Source: a virus. Taken from it: a stretch of DNA of 64,000 nucleotides. The notes under the pieces are model-generated. The model was given only the letters and a program-made list of their open reading frames with translations. It was not told the origin of the DNA and searched no databases. Position numbers and translations under genes: made by a program. Shown one piece after another: positions 1 through 8,986 of the stretch (within the stretch, counting starts at the first letter, position 1; each line of letters starts with the position of its first letter). The DNA is taken from the IMG/VR virus record IMGVR_UViG_3300016471_001132, positions 32,001 through 96,000 of that record. The stretch is one strand, 5' to 3'.

Positions 1-1
1 T

Positions 2-1744
2 GACATAGGCATCCATGTGGTGTGCGATAGCCCGACCCGTCAGTGTGGTGCTCTGTCCGATGCGTTTGTCAAAAAATCTACAGCCAGGATTCAAGATCGC
101 CCCATACAGACTGTTCAAGTTGATCTTCTTTACCAACTGCCGTTTGTCCCAGTACTCCTCATCTTCTTTGGTGGTACACTCTTTCAACTCGGCCTGCATC
201 TCTTTCCGTTCTGCGTACCACCGTTTGAGCAGTCCCGGAATCACAGCCTCTGTTTCATATGTGAATATGGTACCGTTGGCACTGAGCATCCAAGGTTGGT
301 TTGAGTCAAAGATCATCTTCCATATTTCAGCGGCACTATGCACACTCTCATCACCGTCCTTCCAGTCGACGGTGATCTCTGTGCCACGCTGTTGTTCCAT
401 CACAGCAGTGTACTCTAAGGTACCAAACAGGCCTTCCCAGGCCGCAGCGAAACTGGACCCATTGCGCTGCTTGTCCTGGATATAATGATCGGTCATTACC
501 GGGCGGAGTTGCCCCACGATGGTTTCTGGGCCCATGTTAAGAGCACGGATCGCTGAGGGATACAGACTGTTGATGTCGATGCTACCAACCCAGTCGTGCA
601 TGCCTTTCTTGGGATAAGCAACATAGGCACCTGCGGCTTGCGTGTCTTCATCTGTGAACCTTTCTTTCCTTACGGGCACTACCATGCCTCGTTCGTGTGC
701 TTCGTTGATAATGGCCTGCTCTGTCACGGCCACTGCACCCATGGTAGTGGGTAGCAATACTGTGTTTTCGTGTGCAAGAGTGTTGGCGAGATCTAAGAAC
801 TTGAGTTTTTTATCTATGTTGGCCAGCAATTTAACGTCCTGCCGGTTGTATTCGATAAATGTCTTCCAGTTCTGATTGTAAAGCTGGTCCAAGGTACCTT
901 CGAACGCTGTCTTGGAGCCCAGCTCTTCGTATTCACCTATGGCATCCAAACTGTAACTATGCCGCTCTTCATAGGTGTATTTGCGATACAGTTGCATGTA
1001 GTCTAGATGCACACGACCTATGAGATCGAATGTGAGATTCTCAGCACCAAAGCGTTCAAAGGTCCGTTGCTTGGGCATTTGATCCCACAGGCAAAATCTG
1101 CGTGTGTCATCTTTACTGAGCACCCGCGTGGTACGCATCACGGTGTAAGGAATATCATAACCCTCGGAGTTCCAACCGCTCAACACATCAGCATCTTGTA
1201 TGAGATTGAGGAAGGTGTCCAGCAAGTCTCGCTCTTCCCAGAACACAAAGGTGTTGGGGAATTCGGCAGCGATCTCATCGGCTGTTTCTTTGCTCATGTG
1301 GCGCGGCGGCATGACCAAGGACACCAGTTGATCCAGCCAATCGAGATACACAGAAATAGCAGTGATGGCATTGAATGGATCGTCTGGGCGGCTGAAGCCT
1401 CGCACAGGATCAAAATCTACTTCGATGTCAAAAAACGCTGTGTGGAGACGCGGTGCATCTTGTCCTTTGTAGTTTTCTTCCAAACATCGGAATATGGGAT
1501 TGATATCGCCCTCGTAGAGATTCTTGCCTTTCTGTATGGCCATTTCTTTGCGGAACTCTTTTGAGTTACGGGTGGAAAAACGGGCCACAGGTGTGCCGTA
1601 GATCGATCGGAACTTGCCCCGAGGATCGTCATAATAAAAGATGTAGTTGGCAGGAAATTCTTCGTAGTACCGTTCGCCGTCTCGGCGACCTACGATATGG
1701 ATGCGATCGTGATCACGATCAAATAATGCGTCGATGTAACTCAT
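2..1744 (-). CDS. Family B DNA polymerase (T4 gp43-like), N-terminal ~580 aa; runs off the window edge
   Basis: Manual minus-strand translation from ATG 1744 (MSYIDALFDRD...): Exo I FFDIEVD, motif A SIDINSLYPS (~560-590), motif B KKINLNSLYG (~105-135). Absent from the ORF track because there is no stop in the window. Confidence 0.95.
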   Translation of the reverse strand, partial: MSYIDALFDRDHDRIHIVGRRDGERYYEEFPANYIFYYDDPRGKFRSIYGTPVARFSTRNSKEFRKEMAIQKGKNLYEGDINPIFRCLEENYKGQDAPRLHTAFFDIEVDFDPVRGFSRPDDPFNAITAISVYLDWLDQLVSLVMPPRHMSKETADEIAAEFPNTFVFWEERDLLDTFLNLIQDADVLSGWNSEGYDIPYTVMRTTRVLSKDDTRRFCLWDQMPKQRTFERFGAENLTFDLIGRVHLDYMQLYRKYTYEERHSYSLDAIGEYEELGSKTAFEGTLDQLYNQNWKTFIEYNRQDVKLLANIDKKLKFLDLANTLAHENTVLLPTTMGAVAVTEQAIINEAHERGMVVPVRKERFTDEDTQAAGAYVAYPKKGMHDWVGSIDINSLYPSAIRALNMGPETIVGQLRPVMTDHYIQDKQRNGSSFAAAWEGLFGTLEYTAVMEQQRGTEITVDWKDGDESVHSAAEIWKMIFDSNQPWMLSANGTIFTYETEAVIPGLLKRWYAERKEMQAELKECTTKEDEEYWDKRQLVKKINLNSLYGAILNPGCRFFDKRIGQSTTLTGRAIAHHMDAYV

Positions 1745-1826
1745 CTGTCTCCTGGCAGTTTATGGCCTGCCTGCACCGTTCTACATGCCCGTGTCGTGGG
1801 CGAATCGCTGTTGATAATAACAGTAA

Positions 1827-2087
1827 TTATAGAGTCTTGCCCACAGTGGTCAGAATATTTTCCAACAATGAATGATCCTGCTGCTCTTTGCCAAACTCAG
1901 CTTTGTGAGCGATTCGGATGGCTTTTTTCAAGATGTTGGGCTTGATTTCTAATTCTTCGGCCACTGCCTTGATGGTGTCAGAAAGTCCACCGTTGAGGGT
2001 TTCGATCTCGTGCATGACCTGCATGCCTTCGTTGATGATCTGGGTGAGTTTGGCTTTTTGTTCTGCTGAAAAATTTCGGTTATCCAT
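1827..2087 (-). CDS. Small dsDNA-binding protein (T4 DsbA/GapR-like)
   Basis: 86 aa helical protein MDNRNF...IKAVAEELEIKPNILKKAIRIAHK; AAGGAG RBS before ATG 2087; sits next to the polymerase. Confidence 0.6.
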   Translation of the reverse strand: MDNRNFSAEQKAKLTQIINEGMQVMHEIETLNGGLSDTIKAVAEELEIKPNILKKAIRIAHKAEFGKEQQDHSLLENILTTVGKTL

Positions 2088-2108
2088 TGATTTCTCCTTT
2101 GCTGGACA

Positions 2109-2138
2109 ATTATATAACAAATATGTTTGGGTTGTCAA
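2109..2138 (-). promoter_or_regulatory. Sigma70-type promoter
   Basis: TTGACA-18-TATAAT on the minus strand upstream of the 2087 ORF. Confidence 0.7.
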
Positions 2139-2218
2139 AAGAATTTTGCTCACTTTCAATCCAAGGGTAGCGAATCCAGGACTGGGGCAGCAGCCGCCCA
2201 CTCATAACCCTAGCGGTC

Positions 2219-2470
2219 CTAAGGTTGAGATTTCAATGAATGATATACTTCTGCTTGTTCTAGTAATTCTCTCAGCCGGGGATCGTTACGACTGGCTCTC
2301 AGTATTTCAATCCATTTGAACCAAAGCCTTTCATCCTCCATCTCCTGTCTTTTTTTGTCGGATATGGAATGGAGTGTTTTTTCTGTCGAGCCCGGTCTGC
2401 GCCGATAGACTGTTTCCCCGCCGTCAGGACTTTCGTAGATGTATTTTTCTTGTGTTTGGTTCACTTGCAT
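2219..2470 (-). CDS. Hypothetical phage protein
   Basis: 83 aa, YIYESPDGGETVYRR; overlaps the upstream ORF end. Confidence 0.75.
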   Translation of the reverse strand: MQVNQTQEKYIYESPDGGETVYRRRPGSTEKTLHSISDKKRQEMEDERLWFKWIEILRASRNDPRLRELLEQAEVYHSLKSQP

Positions 2471-3030
2471 CCTATGACCATGAATCTGGTATAAGGGGTT
2501 TCGGGATCTTGGAGATCCAATTCTCCTTGATACAAAACTTCCTGCATAGGGAATTTATCTAAGATATCCTGAGTGCTGTGAAATTGTTGGCCGGGGTCGT
2601 GGTCTCGGGCTTGTAGTGCTACTAGAGTACCCTCGGGTACATTGTCAAACCATTCACGTCCTGGCATGTCAGTGAGGCTGGTGTTGACCACTAGACCGTT
2701 CCGATCTAACTGTCTATAATCCAGATCATTAGCATCTGCTCGCATGTGATCCACGCAGGCGGCACCGATATGATCCAGCATGCGTTTACTCTGTTTCAGA
2801 AATTTGGGATTGGTTTCCACATTGATGATGCGCTCGGTCTTGACTGCAGGATGCAGCTTCATATATAGGCTGAGATTGCCAAACCATGATCCTAGAATGT
2901 ACACAGTGCTCACACGATCTTTTATTTTAGAAAGTTCTTGTAGCAACCAAAGTTTGCTCTTGGTAAGATCATGCGTAAAACTGCCCGGGAGGCTGTATCC
3001 GCTGCTTTCAGTGAGATCTCGGATCTTCAT
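2461..3030 (-). CDS. Class I SAM-methyltransferase-like protein with N-terminal tag
   Basis: VYILGSWFG (motif I-like), INVETN, DANDLDY, VVNTS; starts MKIRDLTE. Confidence 0.6.
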   Translation of the reverse strand: MKIRDLTESSGYSLPGSFTHDLTKSKLWLLQELSKIKDRVSTVYILGSWFGNLSLYMKLHPAVKTERIINVETNPKFLKQSKRMLDHIGAACVDHMRADANDLDYRQLDRNGLVVNTSLTDMPGREWFDNVPEGTLVALQARDHDPGQQFHSTQDILDKFPMQEVLYQGELDLQDPETPYTRFMVIGCK

Positions 3031-3094
3031 ACCGGGCTGAAGGGGTACCGGGCGCTGTCTGTGCCGTCATCCTCGGGCCATACAGGATATTCGT

Positions 3095-3379
3095 TCATAC
3101 ACCCGACGCGGCTATGGCCGCTCCATTGTTGAAACTTTGGCTCCAAGAGTTGGGATTCTTTCTTTTGCGTTTGTACCAGGCATAGCCAGCTCGATGTCCT
3201 GAACAATCCTTGGTGCAAGGGCTGCCGTGGAAAGATAATTCGTCTAGTTGCTCATCTTCGTTGTGTTTCTTCCTGCCTTGGCAATGAGCACGCTGGCTAA
3301 AGCCACGAGGCCGGGCACAGTTGATCGACCGTTTGTATTTTTCGGACCACTTTTCTGATACAAACTCTTTGGCTCTCAT
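3095..3379 (-). CDS. Small basic two-module protein, putative internal head protein
   Basis: Starts MRAKEFVSE; modules KWSEKYKRSINC..GFSQRAHC and CTKDCSGHRAGY joined by acidic NEDEQLDE. Confidence 0.7.
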   Translation of the reverse strand: MRAKEFVSEKWSEKYKRSINCARPRGFSQRAHCQGRKKHNEDEQLDELSFHGSPCTKDCSGHRAGYAWYKRKRKNPNSWSQSFNNGAAIAASGV

Positions 3380-3480
3380 GCCAATGCCAATCTCTTTTTC
3401 AGTTCATTGAGAGCTGCAGTCAATGATTCTGCCATGATCTGATACACAGTTTCTCCAACAGTGAAGGTATAGTTTTTCAT
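3376..3480 (-). CDS. 34-aa micro-ORF
   Basis: MKNYTFTVGETVYQIMAESLTAALNELKKRLALA; 4-nt start/stop overlaps with both neighbours. Confidence 0.55.
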   Translation of the reverse strand: MKNYTFTVGETVYQIMAESLTAALNELKKRLALA

Positions 3481-3737
3481 TTTTTCTTCGTCGCCACGTT
3501 GATGGCTGCTCCTTTTCTTTCTGGATTGGGATCTTGTCTACGCTTCCTTGCTGCTGCGGATGCTCGGCCTTTTTTGCCCAAGGCATGCGCTTTGCTTTGC
3601 GGCAGACACTTGGGTTTACCTTCCTTGCTGCTGCCACGGGCGCAAGGACCCATGATCTTGCCTTGGGGATTGAATCGTACCCATTTTTCACGGAACCATT
3701 TTTTTAGGTCTTCGGTGATGAATTCCTCAGCTCTCAT
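3477..3737 (-). CDS. Small basic protein, putative internal head protein
   Basis: Starts MRAEEFITE; KWFREKWV, PCAR, KPKCLP. Confidence 0.75.
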   Translation of the reverse strand: MRAEEFITEDLKKWFREKWVRFNPQGKIMGPCARGSSKEGKPKCLPQSKAHALGKKGRASAAARKRRQDPNPERKGAAINVATKKK

Positions 3738-5401
3738 TTTTTCTTTCCGCCGGTGCCCCAGTTTGCAGCACCTTTTTTACGGCATTGAACCAAAGCACCC
3801 GATGCGTAAGCGCTGGGCCATACTTTGTACCGGCTACGCACTTTGTGATAGCAGGCATCTTTGCCAGCCTCGTCGAGGATTATATTTTCATTTTCGTCGC
3901 GTCTGACAGCCAAACTCCGGGTCTCTCCCAGAGTGCCGGTCTTGGCCTGTGGTTGGAATGGCTCTTCTCCGTCCAGGGGAAGCTCTTTCTGCGGTCCTCG
4001 GCTGCGCCGACGGATATCTATCACATTAGATGGCACTGGTTCGGCAGTAGGCACAGATAGTGCAGTGGGTTCGGTTGATGGAGTGACCGTGGCAGCTGGA
4101 GCGATATCCAATTGAGGCTGGTCCAAAGGCAGTTGATCTCTGCTCTTGACAGAAGATTTTTTCGTGGCTGTTTTTTTCAGCGATGTTTTTTTGACTGCTG
4201 GTGCTGTGATTTGTGCCGCTGGTTGTCCTCCTACAGAAGGTCCTGCTGGTGCAGCAGTCACATCTGATCGTGGTTCAACAGCAGGTTCGATCTTGCTTGC
4301 TTGTTTGAGATCATTGATGGCTTTTTGTTGATCACGATCAACATCAAGGATCTTTTTTATCGCATCGCTTTGAGCTTGATTAGTGGCCTGTATTTGTTTG
4401 ACCATGGTGCTACTGGCACCTTTACGCCCTTGCAGTTGTGCCAGGCTTTTCCGGAGATCAGCTTTGACATCGGTTTCGAGATCGTCGATTTCACGCTCAA
4501 GCTTGTCTATATCTTGCTGATCTCGTTTGCGTTTGTCTTCTATATCGTAGGCCAAGGCTTCGATGTCACTGGTGGCCTGAGGCTGGCGTGCCCGTATCCG
4601 GGCGATCATTTTTTGGGTACGAGCAGTGGCATCGGCACCGCCGATCGACCCAGCAGCTACTTCACTCTTTTTTTTTACTTCGCTGGCTTCTCGGGTGTAC
4701 CGTGGTGCCTGGGTGCGGCTGCTTTGTCCGCCTAGGGCCACATCTCCGGATTGGCCTTCGAGTTGGTTCAGTAGATAATGTAAGCTATCGGGCTGTCCTA
4801 GGTTGAGCAAAAATTGTGGTAAAGCACCTTTTTTCTGATAACCAGCCGCCATCTGCAGTATTCGGTTTTTAACTTCAGGATCGTAAATCAAAAACTGCTC
4901 GTTGCTCATGTTGAAACGCAAAGGCCTACGGCTCATGCGTGCAAACTCTTTGTCTTTTTGCAGTACTGTCAGTATCAACGCGCCGCGATTTTCTGGGTTC
5001 ATTGAGGCAGGAACATCAACCTCTTGTTCGTCAAGAATTTCTTCTGATATAGGCTCGACCCGTCCATTGACAGTACGGGCATATTTTTCAGCCGACGCTT
5101 GATCTTGGAAAGCAGCGGTCGGCCGATTGGGCCTGGGATCGACGACCCGGTGTGTAAGTTTGGGTTGATTACCTTGCGGCTGTTGCGAAAGAGGCTCGAC
5201 TTGACCGCCTGTGCTCCGCGCATATGCATCAGCAGCAGCGCGATCCATGAACTGGCTGTTGCCCACTTGGAAGCGGAAGGCACCCTGGGGGCGCTCTTTT
5301 TCTACATCACGCATGGTGATATCGGGCTTGCCTTGCTGCCTACGGAGATAAGTGGGCATGTCGCTGGGTTTGAGTGCTTCAAAAATTTCGTCGAGGATCA
5401 T
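3734..5401 (-). CDS. Modular protein (coiled coil, low complexity, C-terminal DACYHKV module)
   Basis: 555 aa; starts MILDEIFE; duplicated AxxYARxxxGxVEP(L/I)S; ends ILDEAGKDACYHKVRSRYKVWPSAYASGALVQCRKK. Confidence 0.75.
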   Translation of the reverse strand: MILDEIFEALKPSDMPTYLRRQQGKPDITMRDVEKERPQGAFRFQVGNSQFMDRAAADAYARSTGGQVEPLSQQPQGNQPKLTHRVVDPRPNRPTAAFQDQASAEKYARTVNGRVEPISEEILDEQEVDVPASMNPENRGALILTVLQKDKEFARMSRRPLRFNMSNEQFLIYDPEVKNRILQMAAGYQKKGALPQFLLNLGQPDSLHYLLNQLEGQSGDVALGGQSSRTQAPRYTREASEVKKKSEVAAGSIGGADATARTQKMIARIRARQPQATSDIEALAYDIEDKRKRDQQDIDKLEREIDDLETDVKADLRKSLAQLQGRKGASSTMVKQIQATNQAQSDAIKKILDVDRDQQKAINDLKQASKIEPAVEPRSDVTAAPAGPSVGGQPAAQITAPAVKKTSLKKTATKKSSVKSRDQLPLDQPQLDIAPAATVTPSTEPTALSVPTAEPVPSNVIDIRRRSRGPQKELPLDGEEPFQPQAKTGTLGETRSLAVRRDENENIILDEAGKDACYHKVRSRYKVWPSAYASGALVQCRKKGAANWGTGGKKK

Positions 5402-6350
5402 GATTTTTTTCTTCTATATAATCTGCATTTTCCATCTGCCCACGGCGCCGGGCACAATACATTTCAACAGCCATTGTTGCTTCATCAAGATTCTTGAACT
5501 TTGCTTTAGATTCTTGGTTCTTGATAGTGATACGGAATCCATCGTCTTCGTTGCCGTGGATCTTGATCTCGTGACCGTCATCGGTCTTGAGAGTTTTTAC
5601 AGCAGGACCGATCTGGTCGATGTCTCGTTCCAGTTTATCTTTGAGGTCTGGATCCTTCTTTATCTCTTTAGTAAGATCCGAAAGATAGTCGCCCAGTTTC
5701 TTTTTAACTGAGGAAATCACATCTTCTGTGGTGGCAGCTGACTCTGCGAATGGCCTGCGGTCGTCCATCTCTTCTCGGCTGCCCATGCGATCATCCAAGG
5801 CATCTTTCACATACTGAACATAAGCTGAGATATCAGAGGACCCAATTTCTTCGAAATCGCCTTCACCTTCGGTGACATCATCGATGGCCTGCATCAATGC
5901 TTCTACGCCATATTTGACGATCCATTCGGGATGCTGATTAACGATCCTGCGGGTGACAGCCTGCGCCATGGGATTGGCATCCTGGTCTTCTTTGATGATG
6001 CCAGCATTTCTTGCGGCTAAATCTAGTGTGGCTAATCTTTCTTTGGCTGCAGCTTTGCTTTCTGTGTCCAATCCGGGTTGACTCAACATGCGGAACAAAA
6101 TATCACGCTTGTCGAGGTAATCTTTTTTGTCTTTGATGACATTGTACCCGCTTCGATTGAAAGAGACGACATCGCCTTCTTGCATCTCATCTTCACCCAC
6201 GAGATATCCCAGCGTGGCATTTTTTCCGGGATATGGTCCTGCTAACTGAGGAGAGGTATCGGCGGGTCGGAACAGGGCCGGCAACTGCTTGACCGACTTC
6301 TGTGCAGCGTCAAGATTTTCTAGGATGCGATAGATGTCGTGATCGCTCAT
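5379..6350 (-). CDS. Acidic modular hypothetical protein
   Basis: 323 aa, coupled to neighbours; starts MSDHDIYRILE. Confidence 0.75.
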   Translation of the reverse strand: MSDHDIYRILENLDAAQKSVKQLPALFRPADTSPQLAGPYPGKNATLGYLVGEDEMQEGDVVSFNRSGYNVIKDKKDYLDKRDILFRMLSQPGLDTESKAAAKERLATLDLAARNAGIIKEDQDANPMAQAVTRRIVNQHPEWIVKYGVEALMQAIDDVTEGEGDFEEIGSSDISAYVQYVKDALDDRMGSREEMDDRRPFAESAATTEDVISSVKKKLGDYLSDLTKEIKKDPDLKDKLERDIDQIGPAVKTLKTDDGHEIKIHGNEDDGFRITIKNQESKAKFKNLDEATMAVEMYCARRRGQMENADYIEEKNHDPRRNF

Positions 6351-6787
6351 TCTCTGTTCTCTTTGAGGTAAGCTTTCATCTGCCAGGCATATTTGCCATG
6401 GCTCTCTTGACGCTCGGCGGCGAAATTAGCGATGTCTTCACGACCTTCTTGGCTGGCAGCATCAAACAATTGTTTGCTGAGATCGATCATGGTCTGTGTA
6501 TCCGCCAAAAGTTCTGTGAGCATAAGCCGTGCCCGGGGAACTTTGATTTGTTCAGTGATCAAGCTGAGTTCTTGGAAACGCTGCAGGCTACCCGGTGCAT
6601 ATTCACCGGTGGTGCGGATGAATTCAGCAGTCTTGTCGATGCTGTCTTGAGTGTCTTCGTAGACCTTAGACAGGAATTTGTGTAATTCACCAAAGTTACT
6701 GCCCTCCACATTCCAATGGAATCCCCAGGCCTTGGTGAAATAGGCATAACTTGTGCCTAAAAATGTTTTGAGATCATCTACCAGCAT
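6347..6787 (-). CDS. dps: Dps/ferritin-like DNA-protection protein
   Basis: HWNVEG..F.ELH..L...Y....D..AE ferroxidase signature; 146 aa. Confidence 0.88.
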   Translation of the reverse strand: MLVDDLKTFLGTSYAYFTKAWGFHWNVEGSNFGELHKFLSKVYEDTQDSIDKTAEFIRTTGEYAPGSLQRFQELSLITEQIKVPRARLMLTELLADTQTMIDLSKQLFDAASQEGREDIANFAAERQESHGKYAWQMKAYLKENRE

Positions 6788-6953
6788 TGCGTTTCCGTTT
6801 CTTTCCTGATTTAAAACTATTCATATATTTAGCAGGCCCGCTCAAACCCTGCCGCGAGATCATAGTGCCCAGAGGTTGGATTACAGGCGCCATGCTGCCA
6901 GCTACACTGGCCCCGGCAGACGCATCTTCACGCATGAATTCTCGGGCTCTCAC
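6774..6953 (-). CDS. 59-aa tagged small protein (GTG start)
   Basis: GTG at 6953 gives MRAREFMREDASAGAS...; GTGA overlap with the upstream stop. Confidence 0.65.
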   Translation of the reverse strand: MRAREFMREDASAGASVAGSMAPVIQPLGTMISRQGLSGPAKYMNSFKSGKKRKRNAGR

Positions 6954-7237
6954 GGTCGTATCTCCAAAGTCTTTTTGTCCAACCAGGCAGCAGGACCACG
7001 GTCTATACGATGTCCACCTATGGTAAATTTGGCGATCTGTGGACCCACTGGTTCCACTCTGATCTGATATTGTCCCGGGGGTGCTGAAATCTGCAAGTGT
7101 TCTTCTAGATAACAATCAGGCCAACGGTAGGTGCGTTCGGCAAACATTTCGTCATTGACATAGATGCGATATACCGGATCTAGTCCTTCCCACTTGCAAT
7201 CTAGATTGAATACAGCCCTGACGAATACTGGTTCCAT
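6950..7237 (-). CDS. Hypothetical beta-rich protein
   Basis: 95 aa; TAAATA 4 nt upstream of ATG. Confidence 0.7.
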   Translation of the reverse strand: MEPVFVRAVFNLDCKWEGLDPVYRIYVNDEMFAERTYRWPDCYLEEHLQISAPPGQYQIRVEPVGPQIAKFTIGGHRIDRGPAAWLDKKTLEIRP

Positions 7238-7255
7238 CCAGTATTTATGTACTGT

Positions 7256-7450
7256 TTACTTGACTTCTTTGGGTTGTCCTACCAGCACATTGGGATTGAG
7301 ATACTGTGCCCGGATCACCCGCCTTGCCATTTCGGCATTGCGGGCCATCACAGTAGTGTCCATCTGCTGTGTATATCCTTTTTGCTGCAGTTTAAGCCTC
7401 ACTCGGTAGGTCTTGAGAGGTGGACGAGTTTGGAATTCCTGAGCTCGCAT
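7256..7450 (-). CDS. Small tagged protein
   Basis: Starts MRAQEFQT; 64 aa. Confidence 0.7.
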   Translation of the reverse strand: MRAQEFQTRPPLKTYRVRLKLQQKGYTQQMDTTVMARNAEMARRVIRAQYLNPNVLVGQPKEVK

Positions 7451-7451
7451 A

Positions 7452-7955
7452 CTAGAACACCGGGGGAGGGGGCAAGTTGGGAGGTCCCGGGGGAGCAGAA
7501 CTCACTGGTGCCACTCCTGGTGGGGGAGGCGGAGGAGGCATCCCAACAGGTGCAGCTGGTGCAGCAGGTTTGAATGCAGGTGGTGCCACAGATGCAGTGG
7601 ATGTGGGTGCGGGAGACACAGGTCTAGCGTTGGGCACAGCACCAGCAGCAGCATCCAAGGCCTTGGCTTTGAGATCTTTGTCGTTGCCGGCCAACATGAT
7701 GCCCGACAGGGTACCAGTCAAGAATGTGGCTATGGGTATGATCAGCTCAAAGAACTTCTGGTCGATGGGGCTGATAGCGTTGAGAGGCTGTGTGACGAAG
7801 ATGATGCTGTACAGAACAACAAACACGATGCCCACCAAGGTCAGTGCCAGACAGATGCCTATGAAAAACTTGAGGCGAGCCATCAACTGTTCTTCGGTGT
7901 ACATGAAAAACGGTTCGGGTTGTTTGTCTTTGTCGAAAGGGTTGGGTAGGTTCAT
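7452..7955 (-). CDS. Two-TM membrane protein with Pro-rich tail
   Basis: FFIGICLALTLVGIVFVVLYSII and LIIPIATFLTGTLSGIML; poly-Pro C-terminus. Confidence 0.75.
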   Translation of the reverse strand: MNLPNPFDKDKQPEPFFMYTEEQLMARLKFFIGICLALTLVGIVFVVLYSIIFVTQPLNAISPIDQKFFELIIPIATFLTGTLSGIMLAGNDKDLKAKALDAAAGAVPNARPVSPAPTSTASVAPPAFKPAAPAAPVGMPPPPPPPGVAPVSSAPPGPPNLPPPPVF

Positions 7956-8236
7956 TTACAAGCGACTCCTGTGGTAGAAGGGGTTGGCACGGCTGGTTTC
8001 GCTGCAGCCGAGGCTGGTGTGTCACTGGGTGGTCCCAGTCTCGGGTCTCGTTGACCCTTGAATATGTGCTCGGGGCAGGTGCGAGTGACATCACACAAGG
8101 GTTTTTGGCATTGTGGGCTGTCCCAGTTGGCTGGATCCTGGCAAGGGTAGCGGAAACTGTCACCGCCGAAGATGGCCAACATCAGCGGTACGAAAATCAG
8201 CAGGCCCAACCATTTGAATAGTTTTTTATCGTTCAT
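7952..8236 (-). CDS. Small exported Cys-rich protein
   Basis: N-terminal hydrophobic helix, then RYPCQDPANW..PQCQKPLCDVTRTCPE; AGGAG RBS before 8236. Confidence 0.7.
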   Translation of the reverse strand: MNDKKLFKWLGLLIFVPLMLAIFGGDSFRYPCQDPANWDSPQCQKPLCDVTRTCPEHIFKGQRDPRLGPPSDTPASAAAKPAVPTPSTTGVACK

Positions 8237-8274
8237 TGCGTTAGGTGCTCCTATGCCAATATTTAGCCAAAACA

Positions 8275-8297
8275 AAGCCCGCCAAAGTGACGGGCTT
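8275..8297 (-). terminator. Rho-independent terminator
   Basis: AAGCCCG-9 nt-CGGGCTT stem followed by TGTTTT on the minus strand. Confidence 0.6.
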
Positions 8298-8317
8298 GTT
8301 ACGCAAATAGGCGTACT

Positions 8318-8818
8318 TTATTTGTTGGCCAAGGGATTGTCCAAGGCTTTCTTGATCTTGTCATCCACTTCTTTCCTGACTTCACGCAGCTCATTGCGGA
8401 CTTCTTTGACATCTTGCATGGTCTCTCGCTGTGTCTGCTTGGCACCACGCTCCACTGAATCCACTGTGTTTTCCAGCCTGCGTATATCGCCTTTGAGATC
8501 GTTCTTGATGTTGTTGGTGTACTCAGTGGCCTGCTCGGCCTGCTTGGTTATCACAGCCAGCCGCTTGTCAAATTCACTGAGATCTGGTGCCACATACTCG
8601 GCGATACGCTTCTTCATGCTGGTGTAGTCTTTGTAGACTTCAAAAGCACCATACAAGCCGCCCAAGATGGAACTTATGATGGTGGCTGCCACCATGAGTT
8701 TGGCCGGCGTGAACTCGTAGCCACCTATAGAGATCACTGTGTCCTTGCTGGCATACTTCTTGACCGCTGCATCCATGGCATCGATGTGCTTGTTTACATC
8801 TTTGATTTCTTCACCCAT
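8318..8818 (-). CDS. Single-TM coiled-coil protein
   Basis: LMVAATIISSILGGLYGAF followed by a long heptad region. Confidence 0.75.
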   Translation of the reverse strand: MGEEIKDVNKHIDAMDAAVKKYASKDTVISIGGYEFTPAKLMVAATIISSILGGLYGAFEVYKDYTSMKKRIAEYVAPDLSEFDKRLAVITKQAEQATEYTNNIKNDLKGDIRRLENTVDSVERGAKQTQRETMQDVKEVRNELREVRKEVDDKIKKALDNPLANK

Positions 8819-8986
8819 TTTCCTGCTCCTTTATTTGTTTAAGACCCAGTGGATCCCATATTTTCTTTTTTTCTACCTTTTTCGGTTCGTAATGGAAGTA
8901 CAGTATGTAATACAGTACCGCAAAACACTCCAGTATCACGAACACAAAAAATGATTCCATTATCAATGACATGATTATTTTTCTTG

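Noticed and set aside
2-1744. Intein or intron in the DNA polymerase
   Set aside because: The frame is continuous and the spacing between motifs A and B (~150 aa) shows no intein splice motifs.
7452-7620. G/C-rich poly-G stretch as a G-quadruplex or repeat element
   Set aside because: It is explained by the poly-proline coding tail of the membrane protein.
8821-8986. Possible small ORF in the AT-rich gap
   Set aside because: The frames with a start and with a plausible C-terminus do not coincide; no support.
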